This document shows positions 1-8,118 of a stretch of 32,000 nt of DNA, in pieces. This stretch comes from Nitrososphaera viennensis EN76 (GTDB taxonomy: Archaea; Thermoproteota; Nitrososphaeria; Nitrososphaerales; Nitrososphaeraceae). The notes beneath the pieces were generated by a model, which saw only the letters and a program-made list of their open reading frames with translations, had not been told where the DNA came from and made no database searches. The position numbers were made by a program, and so were the translations under genes. The stretch lies in NCBI RefSeq assembly GCF_000698785.1, contig NZ_CP007536.1, positions 1,650,001 to 1,682,000 of the forward strand. The letters are read 5' to 3'. Within the stretch, counting starts at the first letter, position 1. Each line of letters opens with the position of its first letter.

Positions 1-55
1 GCTTGCCAAAATATGAGATCAAAAACCGACCAGCCGGCCGTCTGAGCTTGACTAA

Positions 56-211
56 CTAAAGGGCTTCATCCATGTTCAGTTGCCGCCATTCGCCTCTCCT
101 TCTGCATTTGATGCAGAGTTTTCGTTGCATCAATAGATCAATTGACTGTCCATCAGGAGGCCGGACGAAATCCTTTGTACCACAATGGCACTTGATGCAG
201 CTGTACGACAT
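56..211 (-). CDS. candidate 51-aa zinc-ribbon mini-protein (below ORF-track cutoff)
   Basis: Hand translation of minus strand: MSYSCIKCHCGTKDFVRPPDGQSIDLLMQRKLCIKCRRRGEWRQLNMDEAL*. It has two C-I-K-C knuckles, an ATG start and a TAG stop. No homolog recognised. The antisense ORF 72..293 looks non-protein-like. Confidence 0.25.
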   Translation of the reverse strand: MSYSCIKCHCGTKDFVRPPDGQSIDLLMQRKLCIKCRRRGEWRQLNMDEAL

Positions 212-619
212 ACCGCCATACCGCCTGCCATGTATATACGAGGAAATGCCAAAACTGCATGAATTCTTGCATTACATGCACCTAATCGACTAGATGAATG
301 ACCTGTAAACGCAGCCCACTAATCTTATTAGATATACTTTCGTACTATAAGATACGGAGGGAGAATATACCACATACCTGCGTCCCGCCCCCTGTTAGAC
401 TTGACATCAAAGCATCAGGCAGGGCGCAGGTATATCTTTTTCACACCTCTTGCTACAACACTAAAAACTCCTCCCCTCTTCTATTATTAAAAACAGCGGT
501 CAAGCGTTAAAGATTTCAGCACAGTTTCCGTCATGCTCGGAGATGACAACTAAGAAGTCCAGTTAACACTCCACTGAACTAAATTAAGTCGTGGCTATAT
601 ACTCGTTAAATAACAGATA

Positions 620-802
620 ATGATGTCAAGACCTTTTAGAACAACACCGATACAAATTAAGAAGAACAACTCACCGGGAGACTGTGGCATATGTTCAGCA
701 ACAGCGACGACAGAAGCCCTATTCGAGTTGGGAGGCTGCATAGTAGTTCGGAAATATTGTGACAAGTGCCTGCCAAATGCAGAGTACGAGGTCCCTTTGT
801 AG
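620..802 (+). CDS. Cys-knuckle (CxxC...C...CxxC) mini-protein, family member 1 of 3
   Basis: MMSRPFRTTPIQIKKNNSPGDCGICSATATTEALFELGGCIVVRKYCDKCLPNAEYEVPL. Collinear paralogs lie at 8119..8298(-) and 23035..23214(+). Many third-position synonymous differences between copies indicate selection in this frame. A TATA-like 'ggctatatac' sits ~30 nt upstream. Confidence 0.7.
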   Translation: MMSRPFRTTPIQIKKNNSPGDCGICSATATTEALFELGGCIVVRKYCDKCLPNAEYEVPL

Positions 803-810
803 TAAAGAAG

Positions 811-838
811 TATTTTTCCCTCCTTTTGAGATTTTTCT
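811..838 (+). terminator. oligo-T tracts downstream of the mini-protein gene (archaeal-type terminator candidate)
   Basis: tatttttccctccttttgagatttttct begins 9 nt after the stop at 802. Archaeal RNAP terminates at T-runs. Confidence 0.35.
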
Positions 839-887
839 GAACCTGATGAATGCAAGTTCTTACCTGTGCATCATCCTGGATTGCACA

Positions 888-1070
888 TCAATTAGCTTTG
901 CCGTACCAATCCCCATGTTTGTCCATTAAGGACATGACTCTAAGGTAAAAGTCCCCAAGTTCGTATAACGATAAATTCAAATTCTTTATAGAGTAAACGT
1001 CTAGTCCGAGCGCTTTGAGGTTGTTGTAAAGTTCATTTTTTATTCTCTCTTCATCATCGTTTGTTTGCAT
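888..1070 (-). CDS. hypothetical 60-aa protein
   Basis: ORF-track ORF MQTNDDEERIKNELYNNLKALGLDVYSIKNL... with protein-like composition. No recognisable domain. Confidence 0.4.
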   Translation of the reverse strand: MQTNDDEERIKNELYNNLKALGLDVYSIKNLNLSLYELGDFYLRVMSLMDKHGDWYGKAN

Positions 1071-1196
1071 TGCATACTCAACTTGCCCCCATTCTGATGG
1101 CTACAATCAATACTATTCAACAATAGTCAGTTGCCGCAGTAGTTAAACTTGCGGAGTGATTGGGCTTTCCGACTCCGGATCATCTATCTCTCTAAT

Positions 1197-1715
1197 TCAC
1201 ATCCCTCCAAACAATCTTGTTGCGACCAAACCGATGAAGTACACTGTGGCGAGAGCTTTAACGATTTTGCCAGCCGTCATTGCTATTGTAAACTTGCGAA
1301 AATCATAGCTCTTTGCTCCTGCAATCATGATGATGATATCGCCAAAGACGGGAACCCATGGAGCCGCAACCAAAGCAAGCCATCCATACTTTGCTAACAT
1401 TTCATGACTCTTTTTCTGCTCCTTCTCTTGGTGTTTGGGTTTTAAGAAGCGAAATACCTTAGCTCCGGACTTGCCGATGAAGTAGCTGAGAAATCCTCCA
1501 GCAACAGTACCCGCAGCCAGAGTTAAGAAAACTAGGAGTTTGTCTTGGCCTGCCGCCAGAAGAGCCGATACTGCGATCTCTGTCGGTAGAGGTAAAGCAG
1601 TGGATGCAAGCACGCTATTGACAAAAAGCCCTGCAAGGCCAAACTCTGCAAAGATGGAATTAGCTGCAAGCTTGGTAATTATTTCCTGCGCATATTGGAG
1701 GTATTGTTCAATCAT
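1197..1715 (-). CDS. DedA/YqaA-family (VTT domain) membrane protein
   Basis: 172 aa. Motif pattern ...ASTALPLPTEIAVSALL...AGGFLSYFIGKSG...PWVPVFGDIIIMIAGA... with several TM helices is typical of YqaA/DedA. Confidence 0.75.
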   Translation of the reverse strand: MIEQYLQYAQEIITKLAANSIFAEFGLAGLFVNSVLASTALPLPTEIAVSALLAAGQDKLLVFLTLAAGTVAGGFLSYFIGKSGAKVFRFLKPKHQEKEQKKSHEMLAKYGWLALVAAPWVPVFGDIIIMIAGAKSYDFRKFTIAMTAGKIVKALATVYFIGLVATRLFGGM

Positions 1716-1895
1716 TTCTTATTCGCTTTCAATTCTGTGGCAGGTCTCACAGTCTGTTCTTCTGGGGATATATGATCCTCGTGAGTAGTTAATTGCGGCA
1801 GCTCATTCACTAGTATAGCACCGGCGATTCTTTCCTCTATTGCATTTTGAGATTAAATGGAGGATTATAGCGACTTGCAGAGAGCCGACTGATAC

Positions 1896-1929
1896 CATGG
1901 GAGAAGATATCATGGGAGAAGATATCATG
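1896..1929. repeat. 15-bp direct tandem duplication (catgggagaagatat x2, plus partial third)
   Basis: Read directly: catgggagaagatat catgggagaagatat catg, just downstream of the wHTH gene stop at 1940. Confidence 0.8.
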
Positions 1930-1939
1930 ATAGTCAATC

Positions 1940-2221
1940 CTATCTGAACCTACCCTCTTTTGGTCTAAGAACCTGCGCCACCTCATCGTACACTTTGCGA
2001 AAGTTTGCGCCCTTTTCGGTAGTATGATAGCACCTTGTTTCTGTCGTATATTCCAACATACCATTCTCTTTTAGAAGGTCTAGGTATCCATTAAGCTGAG
2101 AGACCGAAAGATAGGCGCCGTACATTATCGCGGTCTTTTTGGCCCCTCCTTTCCCCTCTGCTTCTTCAAGTATGGAAGAGATAATCTGCTGTCTGCTTCT
2201 ATTCTTTATCATTTCTCTCAT
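1940..2221 (-). CDS. small archaeal winged-helix DNA-binding protein (HTH_45-like)
   Basis: 93 aa. NRSRQQIISSILEEA...KTAIMYGAYLSVSQLNGYLDLLKENGMLEY...YHTTEKGANF matches the archaeal wHTH pattern. Its paralog is the C-terminal half of 24080..24532. Confidence 0.7.
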   Translation of the reverse strand: MREMIKNRSRQQIISSILEEAEGKGGAKKTAIMYGAYLSVSQLNGYLDLLKENGMLEYTTETRCYHTTEKGANFRKVYDEVAQVLRPKEGRFR

Positions 2222-2473
2222 TCTCTAATGGCTTACATGATACTAATGGTGATCGATTGTCCTACAGACTCCATACCCGGTCCGGTCTTGGTCGGCATTA
2301 CTCAGAGGACAGGGCCAGTGAACATGAAAAACACATTGAGCATCCTCAGAACAGATGATGATGGCAGCGCTTCTTCAAGTACCGACATTTTACAAGATTT
2401 GCATCTAGGCTCATAGTAGTATGACCATGCTTGAAAAACATGGCCTTTTATAAGGGCGAAGCATAAACCAATC

Positions 2474-2728
2474 ATGACGCTTGCTTTTGTCTTTTTGAAC
2501 TGTGATATTGGGACTGAAAAGGCCGTAATGGGAGAGATGAATCGAATCTCGGGTGTTTCCGAAGCTATTGGTGTGTCAGGTGTTTATGATATAGTAGCCA
2601 AACTGCATGCCGATTCAAACGGCGGGATAACGAATATCCTAAAAAGGTTCCACACGATTGCCCACGTCAGATCGTGTTCAACCATGATTGTTGCCGAAGA
2701 ACTCCATGATTGGCAATATGACAAGTGA
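2474..2728 (+). CDS. stand-alone Lrp/AsnC-type ligand-binding (RAM) domain protein
   Basis: 84 aa. AFVFLNCDIGTEKAVMGEMNRISGVSEAIGVSGVYDIVAKL fits the beta-alpha-beta-beta-alpha-beta RAM pattern. Paralog at 21417..21701. Divergent from the wHTH gene. Confidence 0.65.
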   Translation: MTLAFVFLNCDIGTEKAVMGEMNRISGVSEAIGVSGVYDIVAKLHADSNGGITNILKRFHTIAHVRSCSTMIVAEELHDWQYDK

Positions 2729-2966
2729 TAAAACTATGATTGAAGACACGCTGGAAGAAAAAGAGTTTCGCGAAAGATACGCGTTGGAACTGCGCAAGAA
2801 AAAAGTTTCAAGTTGTGTCAATCCCCACTTTGGGTCTGATGAACTGATGGAGGAAATGGAAAAAGTCAAACATCAAGGACTAATTACTCCCGGTCGAAGA
2901 GGCGAGCAGATAAAATATGAAGAGATCGCGAAAGAAGTCTTACGGCGACAGCGCTATTTGAAATAG
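2688..2966 (+). CDS. hypothetical charged protein (true start probably at the internal Met at 2718 or 2736)
   Basis: The ORF-track ORF overlaps the end of the previous gene. The Glu/Lys-rich helical sequence is protein-like. No domain recognised. Confidence 0.45.
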   Translation: MLPKNSMIGNMTSDKTMIEDTLEEKEFRERYALELRKKKVSSCVNPHFGSDELMEEMEKVKHQGLITPGRRGEQIKYEEIAKEVLRRQRYLK

Positions 2967-3276
2967 CATCCACCGCAACGTCGACTCTTTCGTTTCTACT
3001 GTCATGCAGCAGTATACCATACACGCATAATATTCTTTCAGAATAGTAGTGCCGTCGTTTGTTATTGTTACATTTCCAGTTGCGTCTACAAGCATCTAGC
3101 CATGCCGCGTGGTCTAAAGACGGACTTAAGATGGATGCAGCATTGTTTGCCGCTTCTATGTTGTTCTCAAGAGCGTCTTTGTCCTTTGTATGAAGAGGGC
3201 TCTTTCTTCAACAGTATGTACTACTGGAACGCCTTCCATTGTGGTTCCAACCAAAGATAATACGATGACATAACAA

Positions 3277-3612
3277 CTAGGCATCAAGACCTGCCAAGTG
3301 TCCGTCTTGCTTGATCTTTTCAGCGTGCGCCGAGATGTAGCGCCAGATGATGTCGGCCCTATCTGACTGGAAATCCCACGGCGCGACGAGAACGAGGTCG
3401 TTGTCGCGGATCCACATCCTGCGCTTTATCTTGCCCCTGATGCGGCACGTGCGCACCTTGCCGTCGGTACACTTTACTATGATGTTGTCACCGCCAACCA
3501 GCTTTATTACTCGCCCAAAAAGCTGACCCTGGCCGGGCATCATCATCTCTTTCAATTGAGCTTCATTGAGGACTCTTCGCTTTCCTATGTTAAAGACCAA
3601 GTATACATACAC
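3277..3612 (-). CDS. eif1a: translation initiation factor aIF-1A
   Basis: GKRRVLNEAQLKEMMMPGQGQLFGRVIKLVGGDNIIVKCTDGKVRTCRIRGKIKRRMWIRDNDLVLVAPWDFQSDRADIIWRY is the classic eIF-1A S1/OB-fold sequence. The exact start is uncertain. Confidence 0.9.
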   Translation of the reverse strand: MYVYLVFNIGKRRVLNEAQLKEMMMPGQGQLFGRVIKLVGGDNIIVKCTDGKVRTCRIRGKIKRRMWIRDNDLVLVAPWDFQSDRADIIWRYISAHAEKIKQDGHLAGLDA

Positions 3613-3954
3613 ATGCCGCGCTTAAGTGTGTGACTATGTGCATATGCAGCGGCTAGGGAATGGTCATAACGAAAGCAGCCAGAATTATTCTTCCGTATTT
3701 ACAGAGGTTCTCTTACCATCGAGTCACGGATTCTAGAAATTCCCAGAATGAGGTGTGTACGGCGAGTTAGATTTGCATGTGCAAATTGCCTCGTACTGGC
3801 AATCACTAGACGAATCTGGACTCCGAAAGAAGGCTCCTAACTTTGAGTAACCGAAAATACATAAACAAAATGTGCAAAAGCCATCTCTATGCATTAAGCA
3901 GTCGATTAGCATGCACCCTTTCAAAGCAGAGCGACGATATGTCGTACATTATTA

Positions 3955-5082
3955 TCAGTCACTTGCTTGCACCGGCAACACACGTGGATGCTGGCCAATC
4001 ATTGTCCCAAGTTTACTAATTCCATGGCCACTTTTCGCAGATATAGAAATTGGATTTGGTATTCCTAAATCTGCCGCAATCTGTTTCACCACCTCTTCTG
4101 AATTCGTCAATTTGTCATACTTTGTAAACACTACAAGGACCTTCGATCTATCTGCCTTTAGCTCTTCCAGTACATGCCTGCAAGCAGTGTACTTTATTCT
4201 AATTTCCTGAAGACCTTCTGAAGCATCTATCAGGAGCAAAATCAAATCTGCCGCGAGCGATTCCTCCAATGTTGATTTGAATGCATCTATCATGTACGTT
4301 GGGAGTCTACTGATGAAACCAACAGTATCGGTAAGCAAGACCTCCTGCTCGTTGTTGACCTTCAATGATCGAGTGGTTGTAGAGAGTGTTGTAAACAGGC
4401 TGCTAGAGGTCTGCTTATGTTCGCCTGTTAACAGATTGAATAATGTGGTCTTGCCTGAGCTGGTATATCCCACTAGCGAAACGACCGTCATTCCAGTCTT
4501 TATTCTCTGTTGATGGCATAGTTCGCGTTTTCGCTGGGCATTCTTCAATTTCTCTTTGATAAATGAAATACGCCTCTTCAAATCGCGGAATCTTACATCA
4601 ACTATGTACTCTCCCATGCCCCCTTTGCCGGCACGCTCGCCGCTTGAAGTCAGTTTAGCGTTTTCCCTGACACGGGGCATTTCGTACTCGATCTCTGCAA
4701 GTTCTATCTGCAGCTTTGCCTCCGTTGAAGTAGCCCGAGAGTAAAATATGTCAAGTATCAGACGTTCCCTGTCAATCACCTGAACTCCTGTAAGCTTTTC
4801 TAGATTGTATATTTGTCTAGGTGTGAGGTGTTCGTCAATGACCACCTGTTCTGCTTTGGATTCCTTTACAAATGCCTTTATCTCCTCAGCTTTACCCGAG
4901 CCAATGCCATACCGTGAATGGTTTAGATATTTTTGAGTAAACGTCCCAACAATAGCGCGATCTGCTGAATCTACAAGGCTTTTTGCTTCTTCTATCGCAA
5001 AAGCATCAGGGTAGGCCACAAGAACTACTGGCTTCATTGACTTGCGGGTTGGGGAGGAAGAGGGAGAGGATAAGGTCGACAA
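3955..5082 (-). CDS. hflX: GTPase HflX
   Basis: N-terminal HflX domain, then G1 GYTSSGKTTLFN, G3 DTVGF and G4 TKYDK. TTG start at 5082 in the ORF track, with an alternative Met 16 codons in. Confidence 0.85.
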   Translation of the reverse strand: MSTLSSPSSSPTRKSMKPVVLVAYPDAFAIEEAKSLVDSADRAIVGTFTQKYLNHSRYGIGSGKAEEIKAFVKESKAEQVVIDEHLTPRQIYNLEKLTGVQVIDRERLILDIFYSRATSTEAKLQIELAEIEYEMPRVRENAKLTSSGERAGKGGMGEYIVDVRFRDLKRRISFIKEKLKNAQRKRELCHQQRIKTGMTVVSLVGYTSSGKTTLFNLLTGEHKQTSSSLFTTLSTTTRSLKVNNEQEVLLTDTVGFISRLPTYMIDAFKSTLEESLAADLILLLIDASEGLQEIRIKYTACRHVLEELKADRSKVLVVFTKYDKLTNSEEVVKQIAADLGIPNPISISAKSGHGISKLGTMIGQHPRVLPVQASD

Positions 5083-5086
5083 CTAA

Positions 5087-5257
5087 TTAGGACCAGTCCA
5101 TGTAATCTTCTTTGATGTATTCGTTCTTGTGTCCTCTGGAACAAATGTGTGAGGTATCAGAACTCGTAGCAGTTGATTTAAAATTGTCAGTGCTTCCCTC
5201 GGGCACGTAAATCCCTGGGAACACCTCTCCACAGGTCTTGCACTTTAACATCAACAT
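5087..5257 (-). CDS. 56-aa Cys/His mini-protein wedged between tfb and hflX (below ORF-track cutoff)
   Basis: Hand translation: MLMLKCKTCGEVFPGIYVPEGSTDNFKSTATSSDTSHICSRGHKNEYIKEDYMDWS*. The ATG lies 24 nt after the tfb stop and the TAA lies 4 nt before the hflX start, so it exactly fills the gap on the same strand. Confidence 0.45.
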   Translation of the reverse strand: MLMLKCKTCGEVFPGIYVPEGSTDNFKSTATSSDTSHICSRGHKNEYIKEDYMDWS

Positions 5258-5281
5258 TGGCATTTGTCATCTCTACTCCAT

Positions 5282-6196
5282 CTAATTCAAACAGAGAAGG
5301 TTGACCTTCAGATCTTTGAATCTGTTTCTGATAGTTACCTCTGTTACGCCTGCCGCATCTGCGATCTCTCTCTGGGTTATCTTCTCCTTATTGTTCAGAC
5401 AAGATATGTACAGGACGGTTGCTGCAAGTCCTACAGGGTTCTTTCCGGCCGATATTTCTTTCTTGATGATATTTTTCATTGTATCAATGGCAGTTCTCTG
5501 CGTCTTTTCGTTGATTCTTGTCTTACTTGCTATCTTTGCGATATACCTTGCAGGGTCTATCAATGGAACCTTGATGTCAAGTTCACGAACCAGTAGCCTA
5601 TAGTGATGTGAAAGTGCTTTGGACTTGACATTGGTGATTTCAGCCGTCTCGCGGAGTGACCTTGGAGCGCCCATCTCCCTGCATGCAATGTATAGGGCTG
5701 CAGACAATATGGATGAGATGGTCCTTCCCTTCATCAGCTTCTTCTCTTGTGCCTTTCTGTAAATGTAAGCTGTCTTTTCCACCATTGCATTCGATAAACC
5801 AAGCTTATCCTTTAGCCTGCCAAGTTCACTGAAGGCCTTCATCAGATTTCTGTGCGTAGGGGAATAGGCTCGACTTCTGAAATCCCATGTCCTTAACCTT
5901 TGCATCGTGGAATTCATAGACGAATCTAACTTGTGCCCAGCAGAGTCTCTGCTATCCGTTCCGATGATGGTGGACAGTCCCATATCATGGGATGCAAGAG
6001 AATTTGGTGAGCCAACCCTCTGGCGATTGTTGTTACTGTTATTATTGTCCGAGCCAAAAGTTCTCCACTCTGCACGGCCATCTGTCATTATATCTTGCGA
6101 TACAAGCCCGCAATTGCTACATACGATCTCGCCACATTCGAGGTCTGTGATCATATGACCGCTATTACACATACAGCACAGGATTGAAGTTTGCAT
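5282..6196 (-). CDS. tfb: transcription initiation factor TFB (TFIIB homolog)
   Basis: N-terminal Zn ribbon CGEIVCSNCGLV, followed by two cyclin-fold repeats (GRTISSILSAALYIACRE..., GKNPVGLAATVLYISC...). Confidence 0.95.
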   Translation of the reverse strand: MQTSILCCMCNSGHMITDLECGEIVCSNCGLVSQDIMTDGRAEWRTFGSDNNNSNNNRQRVGSPNSLASHDMGLSTIIGTDSRDSAGHKLDSSMNSTMQRLRTWDFRSRAYSPTHRNLMKAFSELGRLKDKLGLSNAMVEKTAYIYRKAQEKKLMKGRTISSILSAALYIACREMGAPRSLRETAEITNVKSKALSHHYRLLVRELDIKVPLIDPARYIAKIASKTRINEKTQRTAIDTMKNIIKKEISAGKNPVGLAATVLYISCLNNKEKITQREIADAAGVTEVTIRNRFKDLKVNLLCLN

Positions 6197-6341
6197 TACT
6201 ATGACGGATCGAAAGAAGAATTAACTTCTAGGAACGTATTACGTGTTACCAGTTAACATACGTGATCCTGATATATAAACAACCCTGATAACTACGCAAC
6301 ACTCACATTAGATTCAAAATTTAGAGACAACTTCAACTAAA

Positions 6342-6530
6342 ATGGATGGCTATCAAGATGCAGAAATGGCTGCGATTACCGTTCATTGCACTATTCTCGG
6401 GAAGATGGTACGGACAATTTCCGTACCCAATGAAATAGAGAAAGCGGTGTACAAAACCACAAATAGTGTAGTATTACTAATTTTAATCCAGAGCATCGTA
6501 TATACGAGGAGATCGTTCCAATATCGATGA
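6342..6530 (+). CDS. hypothetical 62-aa protein, ATGA-coupled to the next ORF
   Basis: Its stop (6528-6530) overlaps the ATG at 6527 of the next ORF in an ATGA arrangement. Divergent from tfb. No domain recognised. Confidence 0.35.
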   Translation: MDGYQDAEMAAITVHCTILGKMVRTISVPNEIEKAVYKTTNSVVLLILIQSIVYTRRSFQYR

Positions 6531-6772
6531 ATATAGGGGATTCTGAGGTGCGTCATGTTCTTGTTGCAAAAACCTGTGGTTGCAAGGCTTCTGGAAGAGT
6601 AGCATATTCTTTTGTCGATACATACCATACTCTCTGTCTTGCCAGAAAGGACATCATAATTGCAGAGCTCGAAGCATGTGAACGTCTCTTGAAATATGGT
6701 GATGAACTAGAAAGACAGATTATTGAAAAAGAAATTAACGACCTAAAGTGGACTCTGGATCTGATGGCATAA
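6527..6772 (+). CDS. hypothetical 81-aa protein with C-terminal coiled coil
   Basis: ...ARKDIIIAELEACERLLKYGDELERQIIEKEINDLKWTLDLMA is amphipathic and helical. Preferred over the antisense ORF 6553..6966, which is Ser-rich shadow sequence in the overlapping part. Confidence 0.45.
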   Translation: MNIGDSEVRHVLVAKTCGCKASGRVAYSFVDTYHTLCLARKDIIIAELEACERLLKYGDELERQIIEKEINDLKWTLDLMA

Positions 6773-6982
6773 TTGTAACAGTTGTGGAAGATGAAGCAGC
6801 ATTTGAAAAAAAGATACACAAAGTAAATTTTGTAAGCTTTTGCAGCATTCGTGTTTATTCTTTTACACTTGCAATGATCAGGCTCTTTTAGACAGGATGA
6901 GCATATTGTAGCACCGCATCTCGTGCATCTGTTGTCAGATGCATTTTCCGTGCCCAATGCTTGCATTCTAGTAGAAAACTCT

Positions 6983-7162
6983 TTACTTTGGTCTGTTTGC
7001 AGAGCTTTTTATTTTATGCATTTCGTCTAGTATCTCGTTCTGCTTTCTTTCAAGGGCCTCTAGTCTATCCTTGATATTGTCTACTATTTCTGCGAGAGAA
7101 TTGATTTCATGATTGGATGATTGCATCAGGGATTTCAGTTCATCGTATTCTATTCTAGGCAT
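6983..7162 (-). CDS. hypothetical 59-aa coiled-coil protein (ORF-track ORF extends to 7258)
   Basis: From the internal Met: MPRIEYDELKSLMQSSNHEINSLAEIVDNIKDRLEALERKQNEILDEMHKIKSSANRPK. The upstream 32 codons look non-protein-like. Confidence 0.45.
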   Translation of the reverse strand: MPRIEYDELKSLMQSSNHEINSLAEIVDNIKDRLEALERKQNEILDEMHKIKSSANRPK

Positions 7163-7575
7163 ACAGTATGATTGTGTGATGGCACTCTTAACTGTTACAA
7201 AAGGTACTTCGGCAAAGTAACATAAAGTAAACACTTGTCCTATTTGGACAATCGACACTTTAACTGTCTCCCAATGCGTGCACCGATGTTCATTAGAAAC
7301 TTGATAATTAGGCTATCGTCCGAGTCTTTTATGCCACTACATTGTTTTGATTGATGATAATAATGATGATAATGACATTCTCGCAAGAGAGGTATTTGCG
7401 TTTATGGTGGTATGTAGAGCAGGCAGCTTTTGCGCCCTCTCTTCTTTCAATTTCTCCAAAATGTTGACCTACAGATCATCTAATCAGGATTGAAATAACA
7501 TGGCGCAGATACGAACTATGGCAATAGCTTGCATTAACTCCAAAATGAGCAAAGGCCATTCAATGTAATAGTAGT

Positions 7576-7583
7576 GTTATATG
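7576..7583 (+). promoter_or_regulatory. TATA-box-like element (gttatatg) ~37-42 nt upstream of the ATG at 7619
   Basis: The same octamer occurs at the same spacing upstream of the paralog (28449..28456, minus strand). About 50 nt upstream of both ATGs align at roughly two-thirds identity by eye. Confidence 0.4.
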
Positions 7584-7618
7584 CGCGTGTAGCTATCATT
7601 ACATTGTGAATATGGAAA

Positions 7619-7801
7619 ATGCAATCTTTATCCGCATTGGCCATGCCGATAGTAAACTCACTAGGAGCATCCGGCTACCCTGCGCTGCAGACCTTCCTAT
7701 CGCACATACTGGATAAAAATAGACTCTTCTATTCCGGGAAGAAGCTGTTCTTTATTCTCTTGGCAGCGGTAACTTTTGAAATGCTTGAGGAAGTATTTTA
7801 G
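7619..7801 (+). CDS. conserved 60-aa protein of unknown function, family member 1 of 2
   Basis: MQSLSALAMPIVNSLGASGYPALQTFLSHILDKNRLFYSGKKLFFILLAAVTFEMLEEVF. It is collinear with 28231..28413(-). There are more than 20 synonymous third-position differences between copies (tta/cta, gcc/gca, gta/gtg, tcc/tcg...), which supports coding in this frame. Confidence 0.65.
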   Translation: MQSLSALAMPIVNSLGASGYPALQTFLSHILDKNRLFYSGKKLFFILLAAVTFEMLEEVF

Positions 7802-7865
7802 AAAGGAAGAGAAGTCAACGTATTTCAGAATGTGGACTGATAGGCGAATATGTACATCCACATCT

Positions 7866-7887
7866 CTTTTTCTTTTATTTTTTTCTT
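7866..7887 (+). terminator. T-rich tract downstream of 7619..7801
   Basis: ctttttcttttatttttttctt lies ~65 nt after the stop. Confidence 0.3.
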
Positions 7888-8118
7888 GGTTTGTATCAGA
7901 TGTTATGTTTCTTTTTTGACGCTGACAGATTCGATACGGTCAAGCTCAAGAGAGGAGACGGGAGCTTTTATTCATCCAAAGGCGGATGGATGATAATGAT
8001 GATATAATGGTAGCCGACCGTCAAGAGAAGAAACTCGACGTCACACAACCGAATTACTTGCGGACAGGATGCCATGTAAATTTATGGATAAAAGTCGCGC
8101 TCCTGCAGGGTGTCTCCA

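Noticed and set aside
72-510. ORFs 72..293 and 298..510 (+)
   Set aside because: Composition is not protein-like (Cys/His/Leu-rich, no motifs). The first is antisense to a tidier zinc-ribbon mini-ORF. The region may be largely non-coding.
595-855. 86-aa minus-strand ORF
   Set aside because: It is antisense to Cys-knuckle mini-protein copy 1. Selection evidence (synonymous differences among the three paralogs) supports the plus-strand frame. The same logic rejects 7986..8273(+) and 23048..23311(-).
3100-3150. tRNA-like fragment (gccgcgtggtctaaagacggacttaagatgg)
   Set aside because: I could not build an acceptor stem, anticodon stem or T-arm on either strand. There is no GTTCRA T-loop.
3771-3786. 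Palindrome atttgca-tg-tgcaaat in the 340-bp aIF-1A/hflX intergenic region
   Set aside because: It is short (7-bp arms), a single occurrence, with no associated ORF or second site. That is insufficient to call an operator or ncRNA.
6553-6966. 137-aa minus-strand ORF with a Cys-rich N-terminus
   Set aside because: About 220 nt overlap the better-looking plus-strand coiled-coil ORF, and there the minus frame is Ser-rich shadow sequence. Kept only as an alternative in a low-interest finding.
7352-7376. Recurring 'gataatgatgataatga' motif (also near 7985-8010 and 10284-10303); considered as C/D-box sRNA C-boxes or a regulator site
   Set aside because: No D box (CTGA) lies at a suitable distance and no terminal stem is present. 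The AT-rich trinucleotide repeat is likely low-complexity intergenic sequence.
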